64,000 nucleotides of DNA from Octopus vulgaris (GCA_951406725.2 OX597820.1:39556001-39620000); one strand, 5' to 3'. Positions 12,672-25,640 are shown, numbered from the stretch's first letter. Numbers and translations: made by a program. The notes: a model not told the origin generated them from the letters alone.

Positions 12672-13129
12672 CTTGATCACTTTTACTGCCACCACCTCTT
12701 CTTCTTCTTCTTCTACTACTACTACTACTACTACTACTGCTCATAGGTATTTTCAGTCAGGTCTTACCTGCAGCTAAACCACAACTCCAATACCAAGAAA
12801 AAAAGACAAGAGTGTCATGGTTGGAAAACTTTTTGGTTACAAGTTTGTTCAATCAGCCTTACCACGTTTGCTGCCTCTGCTAGAAATAGGACCCCAAATC
12901 TCAATCCAGTTCCACTCTACAATGTTTTAATGAAAGCACATTATTTAAACATTTGCCTGTCTAAAGCATTTTCATTAGTTTATCGCAAACGTCCAAGCTT
13001 GTTTTCAGATTTTAGCTGACCCTTGCTTTATACTTTCTGATTAATATAAAAGTTTCTTTTCATAAATCCATATTTGCTCTTGTGGTAGAAAAAAGAATAA
13101 GAAAAAGAAAGAAAGAATGTATATCATAC

Positions 13130-13293
13130 GGAGCAGGCGAGACTCTGCCGTAAAAAGCTTGCTACTCAATCACATAATTCTGGGTTCAGTCCCACTGCGA
13201 GGTACTTTGGGCAAGTGTAGTCTCCTATACCCTCGGACCGACCAAATCCTTGTGAGTGGATTTGGTAGATGAAAATATGAAAGAAGCCCGTCT

Positions 13294-13294
<1 letters not shown>
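13130..13294 (+). mobile_element. SINE family C, 5' half ending in expanded (TA)n
   Basis: GGGTTCAGTCCCACTGCG...TTGGGCAAGTG...CTTGTGAGTGGATTTGGTAGA...GAAAGAAGCCCGTC. Confidence 0.8.
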
Positions 13295-13351
<57 letters not shown>

Positions 13352-13366
13352 CATACATATATATAT

Positions 13367-13454
<88 letters not shown>

Positions 13455-13594
13455 GAAAGAAGGTTTGAAAATGCAATTTAAAAGATGTTTATTTACTTTA
13501 CCGGTTTCACTCTTTGGAAAAAAGATTGTCAAAAGTAACATGTGGAAGTTTGGTGGCGTTAATTATTCGTTGTTGCAGATTGTTACATTACATA

Positions 13595-13990
13595 TATATA
13601 TACAGTCTTTGGTAACAGGGACATGTTAAGGACATAAAAAGTTCAAAAAGTTCCTTAAAATATTGGGCAAAAAAGATTACATAAATAATCGTTCTCAAGG
13701 ACATACTTAAGATAGTTTCCAGAAGGAATTGATATTGGTATTGTATCTGTATATTCAAACATGCACAGAATATTGGTTGACACAGAGTACTATAATCCAT
13801 ATAAATATACAGTCTTTGGTGACAACAGTATGTTGAGAATATAAAAAAGTTTAACAAGCTCATTGAAATAATGGGCAGAAAAGATTAAAACAAATATATT
13901 ATACATCTCAGGGTAATTTCCAGGAGGAATTATTAAAAAAAAGTTCAGTATACACATACAGAATATTATGAGTTCAAAAAGATTTACATT
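13595..13990. repeat. Diverged tandem duplication, period about 207 bp
   Basis: TACAGTCTTTGGT at 13601 and 13808, each followed by colinear TGGGCARAAAAGATTA, TTTCCAGRAGGAATT and ACAGAATATT. Confidence 0.75.
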
Positions 13991-14476
13991 ATTGTAGTGG
14001 TGAAGTTGTAACTAACCTGTCCGTTTTGGGAGAAAAAAAAATATATAAAGTACTTGTTAACTGTATATTCGCAATTAATGTCACTTATTTTTTTACCCAT
14101 TTTTAACACCTGTCTCGCGACCCTAATTCTATATTAACCAGTTATGATTAATTACTTAATTGATTATTTTTCAGGACTCGCCCTCATTTATGCGAGATTT
14201 TTTCGGTGTAATCTAACATTTATATTTATGTATACATCACTGGTGATTTTCAAAAACCCTCTCTAATACACAGCTTGTTACGTTATGTTTTGAAAACAAT
14301 CATCCAATCAAATTTAAATGCTCATTGGCGTATTTGAATTACATCACATTATACTACAGGTACCCGAACAATCTTAATTCAGTTTTCATCACAACTGTTC
14401 CGACGAACGGGAACGTGAATCTCTGAGTAACAGTTCTGTGATAATCCTGCAGCTTTAATAAAAAGTATATATATAT

Positions 14477-14806
14477 ATTAATAGTTATCGCCATACTAAT
14501 ATGGCAGTCTTATAAATATAAGACTAAAGCTGTCGCTGGTTAGCTCCATGAGGCCACCGCCTCAAGCTAGCTATTTGACACACGAACCTGCGTCCATTAA
14601 AAGCCTTCGAACAAGGGAGGTCAGCCACTTCATCCTGCCAGTCAGACAGCTACAGACGACGTTTCAGGGTCGTTGCCCCTTATTAATGGACGCAGGTTCG
14701 TGTGTCAAATAGCTAGCTTGAGGCGGTGGCCTCATGGAGCTAACCAGCGACAGCTTTAGTCTTATATTTATAAGACTGCTATATTAGTATGGCGATAACT
14801 ATTAAT
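14477..14806. repeat. Inverted repeat with 124-bp arms (14477-14600 / 14683-14806) and 82-bp spacer; Penelope-like
   Basis: Arms differ at only one position seen; abuts a (TA)n run; the spacer minus strand reads GGGGCAACGACCCT-GAAACGTCGTC. Confidence 0.9.
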
Positions 14807-14875
14807 TTCCAGTAACGCTGCCGTAATCTCCTTTAGAGAGACTTAGTAATTTTAATATTTCTATTATATAAAAAA

Positions 14876-15137
14876 GGGTAAAGACCCCCTTCAGTCATGA
14901 ATGACCATGGGATTGTACCTAGAAAGTTACCCTCCTAGACACAAGTCCGGGCAAGGTTGTTTTATGGAAGACCAGCAGTCGCCCATGCATACCAGCCTCC
15001 CCTCTCCACGCCACCAGTGTTATCCAAGGAAAAGACAAAGGTCGATACAGCTTGGCACCAGTGACGTCGCAACTCATTTCTACAGCTGAGTGAACTGGAG
15101 CAACGTGAAATAAAGTGCCTTGCTCAAGAACACAACA

Positions 15138-15140
<3 letters not shown>
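14876..15140 (-). mobile_element. SINE family D, head-truncated
   Basis: Colinear with 4234-4490 (AAAGACCCC.TTCAGT.ATGAATGACCATGG...CAGCTTGGCACCAGTGA.GTCGCAACTCATTTCTACAGCTGAGTGAAC). Confidence 0.85.
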
Positions 15141-15183
<43 letters not shown>

Positions 15184-15186
<3 letters not shown>

Positions 15187-15375
15187 CAAATTTACAGGAA
15201 ATAAAAGACGAAGACAGGTGTAGGAACAAGCAGGAGTATTAGTTTAACCTTCGGGAAGAATGGAAAAGTCTTTTACGTTTCGTGCCTATGCTCTTCGACA
15301 GAAAGGTTTAATAGGAAAAGGGGAGAGAGAATGAAAAAAAAACGGAGCGAGAATAAAATATGAAGGGATTAACAG
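15184..15375 (-). mobile_element. Penelope-like small repeat with hammerhead-like hairpin; copy 1
   Basis: Reverse complement of 15275-15301 is CTGTCGAA-GAGC-ATAG-GCAC-GAAACGT; homologous to 27600-27832 (+); starts at a (TA)n tract. Confidence 0.55.
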
Positions 15376-15390
15376 TTGCACATACACACA

Positions 15391-15483
<93 letters not shown>

Positions 15484-15485
<2 letters not shown>

Positions 15486-16041
15486 GGGCGGGGCAGAGTG
15501 GACGAACGTTTTTGATATAGCTATTACTTAACCCCAACGGGAGGGACATATGCCCAACAGGTACCATTCGGTCGGTACTCTCTTAACATTCTTTATTTTT
15601 TTCAGGCGAAGTCATGACGCTGTGGATGGTAGAGCATTGTATGTTTGCCTACGACAGTTACGTGAAGAATAACGAGTTTTTCACAGCAGTTCAGTGTGAC
15701 TTTCAGCGCCACTTCAACATTGATCGAAATCAGGCTGTTCCCACCGGTAACACAATCTTACGTTTGGTGAATGCACTTCGTACACGGGGTACACTAATGA
15801 ATAGGAGACTGTTGGGGACGTCACGAAAGGTACGAATCCCGGAAAATGCGGATACGCCAGACAAGCTTTCAGAAATGCATCAATGAAAACGGACACCACA
15901 TGATGAATGCTGTTTTCCACACTTAATTTTGAGAAATGTTAATTCAATACGAACTCATTGATGTCTATAAAATCCGTTTGCATCTAAAATTAATGATTTT
16001 GTGAATTTTTCAAAACTGTCCGTCTTCTCTGCCGCACCCTA
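15484..16041 (+). mobile_element. Internally deleted Tc1/mariner-superfamily transposon with DUF4817-type N-terminal HTH remnant
   Basis: TIRs CAGGGCGGGGCAGAGTGGACGAACGTTTTTGA and (reverse complement) TAGGGTGCGGCAGAGAAGACGGACAGTTTTGA with TA flanks. ORF 15614..15886 (EHCMFAYDSY...VQCDFQRHFN...VPTGNTILRLVNALRTRGT...RKVRIPEN) has no DDE domain. Confidence 0.85.
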
Positions 16042-16059
16042 TATACACATATGTATATC

Positions 16060-16280
16060 TATGTATGTGTGTTTTTCTGTCTGTTACTGTCCACCACCAC
16101 TGCTTGACAACTGGTGTTGGTGTGGTTGCATCCCCGAAAGTTTGCGGTTTGGCTAAAAGGACCGATAGAATAAGTACGAGGCTTAAAAAAGAAGTTCTGG
16201 AGTCGTTTCATTCGACTAAATCTTCAAGATAGCGCTGCAGCATGGCCACAGTCTAATGACTGAAACAAGTAAAAGAAAAA
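16060..16280 (+). mobile_element. SINE family C, 3' half
   Basis: GCTTGACAACTGGTGTTGGTG...GACCGATAGAATAAGTAC...CAGCATGGCC.CAGTC.AATGACTGAAACAAGTAAAAG. Confidence 0.8.
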
Positions 16281-16585
16281 AAAAAATTACAATGCTTCAT
16301 GTGATATATCGGACAGGCGAAGGGTTAATCAGGGTATATAGTCATTTTATGAAGAAATCTTAAACGGGATGGCTACGGTCAGAATGCATTTGATGATATA
16401 TCTTTAAATCAGGGCTGTGTTGCGTCTAAATAACAATTGCAATGACACAGTGCCACTTCGACCACCACCATTATGTACATAATTTACATAAACACACTGT
16501 TTCTTTTGTCTCTGTCCCTCTCGTCCCTCTTGTCCTTCCCTCAAATTTAACCTTAAATATACGTTCAATGTTCCTTTATAATTAT

Positions 16586-17484
16586 ATTATTAATTAATTG
16601 AATTTCATCTCAGGACACAATATGTTCATTTCTTTTTCTTACCTTTCCAAAGAGCCAAATTCCGCCGAAGTCGACTTTGCCTTTCATCCTTTCGGGGTCG
16701 ATAAATTAAGTACCAGTTGTGTATTGGGGTCGATCTAATCGACTGGCTCTCTCGCCCAAAATTTCGGGCCTTGTGTCTGGAGTAGAAAAGATTATTAATT
16801 AATTGAATTTCATCTCAGGACACAATATGTTCATTTCTTTTTCTTACCTTTCCAAATAGCCAAATTCCGCCGAAGTCGACCTTGCCTTTCATCCTTTCGA
16901 GGTCGATACATTAAATACCAGTTGCGTACTGGGGTCAACGTAATCGACTGGCCCTCTCTCCCAAAATTTCGGGCCTTGTGCCTAGAGTAGAAAAAAATAT
17001 TTCCAAATAGTAGGGTGGCGAACTGGCAGAATCGTTTGCACGCAGAATCGATACTTAGCGGCTTTTCGTCTGCCTTTGCGTTCTGAGTTCAAATTCCGCC
17101 GAGGTCTACTTTACCATGCAACCTTTCAGGGTCGATAAGATAAGTACTTAAATTAAGTACCAAGTGAGCACTTGGATCGATGGTCATCGACTTAGACTCT
17201 CTTCCGAAATTGCTGGTTTTGTACCAAAATTTGAAATCAATATTTCCAAATAGTAGGGGGGCGAGTTGGCAGAGTTGTTAGCACGCTGAATGAAATGCTT
17301 AGCGGCATTTCGTCCGTCTTTACGTTCTGAGTTCAAATTACAATGAGATCGGCTTCGCCTTTCATCTTTTCGGGCTCGGAAAAATAAGTACCAGTTGAGA
17401 ACTGGAGTCGATATAATTGACAATCCGCGCCCCTAAAATTGTTGGTCTTGTGTCGAAATTTGATACCAATATTTCCAAAGAGTA
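16586..17484 (+). mobile_element. Array of four SINE family A segments separated by a repeated target sequence
   Basis: TTTCCAAAKAG at 16644 and 16849 and within ATATTTCCAAAKAGTA at 16997, 17240 and 17469; 69-bp flank duplicated (16586-16654 / 16791-16859). Confidence 0.88.
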
Positions 17485-17490
17485 ATAAAC

Positions 17491-18040
17491 TTACTTCGTT
17501 TTTGTGTTTGGTTTGCGAGATTCTTGATATGAACTCGAGAGTTGAGACATATTTTATTGCATCTCGAGTGGGTTATCATGTCAATAATAAACATATGCAC
17601 TGGTTCAATTTCATTTCTTTATTCGTCAATTGGTTAGCAATTTAACCAACCAGCTAATCGATTGTATGGGTAAGCATTCGGTTAATTACTCAATTATTTG
17701 TGTTTGTCAAAGTCCTTTCATTACTGTTCACGACAGCATTAACAATATGCCCTCTCTGAAGTTGACCTTCTGGTCAGCCTCAGTTCTGGTCACGAATAGC
17801 GACGAAAGGACTTTGACAAACACAACTAACTAATTAACCGAATGAATAATCAATTGATTAGTTGTTTGGTAAAATAGCTAACCAATCGGTGAATGATAAT
17901 GGATTGATTAGTTGGTTTATCCAATAGCTAACCTGTTGACGAATGATAGTGAAGTGAATTTGAACCAGTGCGTGTGTTTATTATTGGCATAATGACCCTC
18001 ATGAAGTACAACAGGATCTAGCAATTACAAAGTTGGCAAA
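17491..18040. mobile_element. Foldback MITE-like element; copy 2 (longer)
   Basis: Outer arms ATGTCAATAATAAACATATGCACTGGTTCAA / TTGAACCAGTGCGTGTGTTTATTATTGGCAT; inner arms TGTGTTTGTCAAAGTCCTTTC / GAAAGGACTTTGACAAACACA. Confidence 0.78.
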
Positions 18041-18607
18041 CAACGATGACATCTATATTTCGACTGTTGACGAAAAACACTGCAAAAACGTTTGCAGTTT
18101 TTCCCTGACTTGCACTTACAGAGAATAACGTTAGTTAAATACTAATATGCATTCCCAAAACACAGTTGGTTAATACTCACGTTCAAAGAACAGCATTGTA
18201 AATAATGAAAGCCAACGCCCATTTATTGTAATTATCGGTAATTTTTGTTAGTTGTACAGGTAACCTAACTACTAACTAGCATAGCCCCCTACCACCACGA
18301 TCCCCATTATCTAACTATTCTTATACACACCCATCGTTCTACCCCTTCATCGTAATCACATCCCCAATATTTTCATCACCAGCATCAGCTTAAGCACTAC
18401 GACCATCAAGAAAACAACCGTTGTCATCATCATCGCCACCGTCGTCGTCATCATCATCATTATTAGCATCGTCATCATCATTGTCGCCGTCATTGTTATT
18501 ATATTCGGATCTTTGCGGTTTGAACAGCAGTTTTTTCTAGCGGTGTCATATGAAATTGTCACTCATAATTATGACCCTAGTATCGATCTATTGTATTTCA
18601 ATCTGTT

Positions 18608-18661
18608 TTAGGGTTAGGGTTAGAGTTAGGGTTAGTTAGGGTTATGGTTAGGGGTGGGGGG
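18608..18661 (+). repeat. Short degenerate interstitial (TTAGGG)n followed by a G-run
   Basis: TTAGGG TTAGGG TTAGAG TTAGGG TTAG TTAGGG TTATGG TTAGGG GTGGGGGG. Confidence 0.85.
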
Positions 18662-18899
18662 AAGGGTATCTTTTTTTTCTTCAGAAATGTAAATAAACCC
18701 AATCTGCTTCTTAAACGAGGGACATATTCATACGACACAATGTTTTCATCTCAATAGACGTCATTGGTTTGTTGAAATTGCAGAAATTGAAAAAAAAAAA
18801 ACAACAAATATCTTACAACTATAGAATTTTCTCAATAATGCCAAGAGAAAAAGATGTTTTATAAACACATTCTACCAGTATACGATTATAATGATATAT

Positions 18900-18920
18900 A
18901 TAATGATTATAATAATAATG

Positions 18921-19006
<86 letters not shown>

Positions 19007-19890
19007 CATCATCATCATCATAAGAAAATAATAATAATAATCCTCCACATTATCATCACACATAATTACAGCCACAATTATCATCGTCGTGATGATGATA
19101 ATAATGGCAACGTGGGTCATCTCCACCACCACCACTCCCCCCATCATCATCATTATTATTACCAACGGATTGTTAGTGGGGGCAGCTTGTGATATAAACC
19201 GGTAATGATGGTACCGTATCGTGTAGTAACGATGATGACAATAACGGTAATAACGAAGATGATGACGATGAGGATTATGATTATGGTGGTGGTGATGATG
19301 ATAATACGATGAAGATGATAGGTTGGTGGTAATGATGAAAATGACACACTATCCTACGCATCATCATCAACATTGTAGTCGTCGTCGTCATCAACATCAT
19401 CTTCGACATCATCATTGTCATTATAATTATCCTTATTTTCATCTTCACCATCATCATCATCATCATCTTCAACATCATCATCATCATCGTCATCATCTTC
19501 ATCATCATCATCATCATTATCATCATCATCACCATTATCACCATTATTATCATCATAATCATCTTCATCATCATCGCCATCCTCACTTCATCATCATTAA
19601 CATCATCATCATCATCATCATCATTCTTCAGCATTATAATGCTTATCATTTTCATCATCATCATCACCATTAACATCATCATCATCATCATCATTATCAT
19701 CATCGCCATCCTCACTTCATCATCATTAACATCATCATAATCATCATCATCATCATCATCATTATTCTTCAACATTATAATGCTTATCATTTTCAACATC
19801 ATAATCATCATCATCATCATCATCATCATCGCCATCCTTTATCTTCATCATCATCGCCATCCTCACTTCATCATCATTAACATCATCATC

Positions 19891-19928
<38 letters not shown>

Positions 19929-19935
19929 TATCATG
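18900..19935. repeat. (AAT)n and compound (CAT)n array with internal block duplications
   Basis: CATCGCCATCCTCACTTCATCATCATTAACATC occurs three times (about 19571, 19701 and 19852). Confidence 0.9.
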
Positions 19936-20635
19936 ACCATTACAAATACATAGCCAGTTATAATACAAGCTCGCCCACTTTACCATCTTAATCCGTAAAA
20001 TCACCATTACCAAACAAAACCTTTGCTTATCACAACAATCAACGTCACTGCTTCTCTTGCCGAACGCCATTGCAATATGCAGCATTGCCAATATACTTAC
20101 ACCAAGACCAGTACCTCGACCACCTTGACCCATTGATATAAAGACCACTATTACAGTCATCAACACCAATAGTCACATCCACTCCCTAACGCCGCCACCG
20201 TTGTCAACACCCCCACTTCAGTACAACACCACTATCACCACCATCACAACCACTATCAGCACCACCAGCCAATCCACCTCCTAACACCACCAACACAACC
20301 ACCACCACCACCACAACCCTATTGCACTTTTGCGCATTATCAGTTTTCTTTTGTGTATTAAAATTTTTTCACTTGTGTCAATTTTCTTTACTTCTTCCTT
20401 CCTACCGTTCTTTCTTTCTTTCCTTGTTTCCTTCTTTCTTTCTTTCTGTCTTCATTTCCTTATTTTTTTTCTTTTTCTTTCGTTAACGTTCACCGTTTCG
20501 CTCTCGTCTTGTTTCACCCTCATCACATTTTTAGCATAACGTGTGATTTATAAAATAAAAATGAAATGATCAAAACTTGGCAATCTATATACACATATAT
20601 GTAAATGTATATGCATATGTATATATGAATATATA

Positions 20636-20702
<67 letters not shown>

Positions 20703-20712
20703 ATATATATAC

Positions 20713-20757
<45 letters not shown>

Positions 20758-20896
20758 TTTATGAATATATGTATACACATGTATACAATATACATATATA
20801 TTCATATGTCCATAAACGAATGTATATTTACAGGTATGTATGCATATATACATATATATATATATATGTATATATATATATGTATGTGTATATATG

Positions 20897-20952
<56 letters not shown>

Positions 20953-21273
20953 CACAGTAATATATGATCAGTGGAAAAACTGAAAAGAAGACAATTAAAA
21001 GTTAAGACACAGGTAGTACAATAAAAACATCATCAAACAACTCCACGCCCGAAAAATGATATAAATTGACAAAGAAAACAAACACCACATACAAATATAC
21101 ACACACTCACTCATATAGTTATTTCCACGCAAACACATGCACAATATACAGACATACATACATACATGGATGCATACATACTTACATACACATACATAGG
21201 AATATATATATAAATTAATGTATATATATACTTATATACTTACATACTTATATACATATCTATATATAAATAA

Positions 21274-21308
<35 letters not shown>

Positions 21309-21449
21309 CATATGCATGTATATACATACAGATATGTGTATACACTTTTTCCTTACTATATACACAACTCACATATACATATAAACACAAAATAACTATA
21401 ACATCATCGTATGTAATACAGAAACAAAAACAAAGCGAAAGAGCAAATC

Positions 21450-21494
<45 letters not shown>

Positions 21495-21700
21495 ATATAT
21501 ATATATACATATATATATATGTATATATATGTATATATATGTATGTGTATATATACATGCATGTATATATATATTTATATATATATATATATGCTTGTAT
21601 ATATGCATATATGTTTAATTTAATACATACTTATTAAATATCTATATGTTTGTGTATATATATATATATATATATATGTCATAGATATATATCTAAATAT

Positions 21701-21747
<47 letters not shown>

Positions 21748-21750
21748 CAT

Positions 21751-21785
<35 letters not shown>

Positions 21786-22303
21786 TACATACATACGTAC
21801 ATATATATGCGTGTGTGTGATACACAACAAAAACAACAGTCTTGAATACCGAAGGAAGACAAGAATAACAAAACATGAAACTACATAAAGAAAATATATA
21901 AAATGAAAATAAAGTAAAATAAAATATTTTTTTAATGTCTGAAAAAACAATTCTGTATATTTTTCTACATATTTCTTTTCTCTCTCTATGTCTTCGTTAT
22001 TTTCACTCTGAGTAAGTCTCTTTCTCTCTTTGTCTCTGTGTCAATCTGTCTTTCTGTCTTTCTCTCTCTATCTGCCATTTATATATATATTTTTTCTTTA
22101 AATACATTTTTTCCTTACTCATAATTTTTCATAAAATCAGATGTGGCAACGTAAAAGAAAATAAGAAATATAAAAAAATAGATGTGAATAAAAAAATAAT
22201 ACAAATAAATAGAAATTAAATGGCAAAGAAATGAATTGGTGATACATAAATATGTCAAAAATAATAATAATGATAATACATACATACACACATATGTACA
22301 TAC

Positions 22304-22336
<33 letters not shown>

Positions 22337-22959
22337 CACACACGCCCACACACACATATATGCATAATCACATATTCATACATAAAGACTATATAGTTAT
22401 ATATATACATACATTATATATATATATATACATAATATATATATATACATATATATGTATGTATGTATGCATGTATATATATATATATATATATATATAC
22501 ACTCACACACACACACATATATATATATGTATATATATATATATACATATATGTATATATGCACATACATGTATGTTTTATATGTATGTACGTATATGAA
22601 TGTATGTAATTATACAAATACACACGCAAAAATTTCAAATAAGAAAAGAATAAACAAAGAAAAAATAAAAAAATAAAGAAAAGAGGAAAAACGACAGACA
22701 GAAAACTGAAATGTAAAACAAAAAACAAAAAAAAAGAGAGTCAACTATGAGAATGAAAAAATGTTAGGATATAGGAAAAAAACAACAAAAAAACGTTAAA
22801 ATTAATAAAAAAATGCTTGAAGAATAAAGAATAAAAAATTGGGGAGAATTTATATGAAGGAAAGGGATAATGTCATACTTGCGTGAAAGACGTTTGGAAT
22901 TATGGCATTTTAAAAGAAAGAAAAAAATATGGGGTGGTGGCATTATAGGGGAAGGTAAA

Positions 22960-23038
22960 GAGGGATAGGAGGAGAAGGGGGAATAGAGGGGGGGAGAGTG
23001 GTAGATAGATAAAAAGAGAGAGATCGTGTGTGTATGAA

Positions 23039-23071
<33 letters not shown>

Positions 23072-23187
23072 CTGTGTATGAGAGAGAGGTGGGGTGTGTG
23101 TACAGGGATGTGTGTGTGTGTATGCGTGTGTTAATATGAGGTATAAGGAAGCAAATAAATAATGAAAAGTGTTGAGAGGTAGAATGC

Positions 23188-23234
<47 letters not shown>

Positions 23235-23449
23235 CGAGTGAGTAGGAGAGATATATGGGTGTGTATACGTACAAACATACATACATACACACATATATTC
23301 ATACACATATATGTATTCATATATATATATTCATATTCGTATACATGTAGATATATACATACATACACACACACACACATATATATATACATGCATACAT
23401 GTACATATATATACATATGTATATATATACATACATATATAATATCTAC

Positions 23450-23480
<31 letters not shown>

Positions 23481-23701
23481 TATATATGCACATATGTGTG
23501 TGTATATACATACATGGAATGAGAAAGTAAGAGAGAGAGAGAGAGAGAGAGTAGGAGAGAAAGAGAGAGAAAGAAGGAGAGGGAGATGGGAATACAGGGA
23601 GCATTAGAGAGAAAGTAATGAGTTAATAGGATGTTTAACTGTAGAGGCAAAGAAATATTGAAAATGTCGCGGAGTAAGAACGGGTGTGAATTCGAGAGAA
23701 A

Positions 23702-23744
<43 letters not shown>

Positions 23745-24187
23745 AAGAACGAGGGAAAGGAAGTGAGAAAGAAAGAGAGAGATACAGAGAGAGAAAGAGA
23801 GAGAGAGAAACAGAGAGACAGAATAAGATGTGCAACGATACAATTCTTGAGGAGAACGGGTGTAAAATAAAATAAGAAAGCTTTATATATACATGTATAC
23901 ACACACACACATACACACACACACATATATGCATATATCTATGTGAACGTACGCATACGCACCCGTTGCGCACACACGCACATATGTATGTGTGCAGAGA
24001 AAATCGGAGGGTGGAGGAAAGAGAGAGCGGGAAAGACAATAAGAAATTAAGAGAAAGAAGAAAAGTGAATGTGTTAAGAAGCATAGAAAATAATTGAAAA
24101 ATGGGCGAGAAAAATTGTAGAAAGTGAACGGAGTGAGGAAATAAAGCTACTGACAGATAGATGAGAGAGAAAAACAGAAAGAGCGAT

Positions 24188-24234
<47 letters not shown>

Positions 24235-25570
24235 AAGAGAAGGAAAAGAGAGAGACTGACAGGCACAGATGATAGAGATGATGTCCAATTGGAGAGTTCC
24301 AGAAATGTTTACTTCGAGAGAAAGAATTAATTTAAGAGAGAGGGTGAGAGAAAGAAAGAGAGAATGTTTAAAATTACGAGAGAGAGAGAGAGAGAGGGGG
24401 AAGATAGAGAGAGGGAGACAGATAAAGGGAGAGAGGAAGACAAAAGAGAGAGAGAGAGGGAGTGAATGAGAAATGGGAGAAGGTGAAAACAGAAGAGTTA
24501 TTATTTTAGAGATAGGATGATACGTTAGAGTGTTAAGAAGACAAACTATGATAATGTGAAAGAGAGAGAGGGGGAGGGAGAAAGGGAGAGAAAGAGCAAG
24601 TAGCAAGAGAAGAGAGAGAGAGTGAGAGAGAGAAAATGAATTTCTAAATGTCTAAAATGTTAAAGAGAGAAGTATAAGAACAAATTAAAGAGCGTAAAAG
24701 TATTAGAGAAAGTGAAAATGAGAGAGATGAGAGATGAGAGTGAGCAAGAGAAGGAAGGTGAGCAGAAATAAAGGAAAGCGACGTGAAGATAGAGGTATAC
24801 AAGCAAAGAAAAGAGATGTGCAAATGAAAGAATGAGAGAGAGAGAGAGAGAGAAAGAGATGAAGAAGAGAGAAAAAGGTGATGGGAGAACGTGATAAATG
24901 ATTGCGCTGTACCCAAACACACACACACACATTAACTAAATGGCTATCATCTTGATTGTTTTTTGTTCCACTACCGGAACTCCCTACTCAGTGAACTGTA
25001 ACCGGCTGAGTATCTCATAAAGATTTATATCTGTAAAAGTTTAAGTCAGCATTTCTGTATGTGATACTAAAGATACCGTGTGACACCATGTTACACCATG
25101 TGACACGATGTCGCATGATGTGACTCTGAATTATAATCACAGTTAATCCGATGGTTTTCGTACGTTTCCCTCTTTATTTAATTTTATTCGCATTACTTGA
25201 ATGAAATTGAAGCTTTGCTGGCAGATGTTTTACGAAGGGTGCTGCGCTGAAGGATCGAACTTAAGATTCTACGAGTGTGAGAAATATATATGCTTGTACA
25301 CATACGCATGCTCACTCGGACATACAAACTCATGTATAATCGCACTCACACGTGCATGCACTCGCAAACGAGGAAAATGTTGATTGAGTAAGGCAAGTGA
25401 GAGGAAATGATTAAGAGGGAAGAGGTTAAAACAGATAAGATAAAAAAAGAAATGAAATAAATAGAAAGGTAAACTTAGGAGATAGAGAGAGAGAGAGAGA
25501 AAGAAGGAGGGAGAGTGAGAGAAAGAAAGAGAGGGAAAGACAAATTCGAGAGGAGGAGAGACAGAGAAAG

Positions 25571-25638
<68 letters not shown>

Positions 25639-25640
25639 GG
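22960..25640. repeat. Purine-biased low-complexity domain with many (AG)n tracts
   Basis: The + strand is dominated by A/G, interrupted by TA/CA runs. Confidence 0.85.

Noticed and set aside
16586-17484. CRISPR-like repeat-spacer appearance
   Set aside because: The repeats are only 11-16 bp, the spacers are 140-230 bp homologous SINE copies, the context is eukaryotic and there are no cas genes.
18608-18661. True telomere or chromosome fusion site
   Set aside because: Only about eight degenerate units in one orientation, with no head-to-head array.
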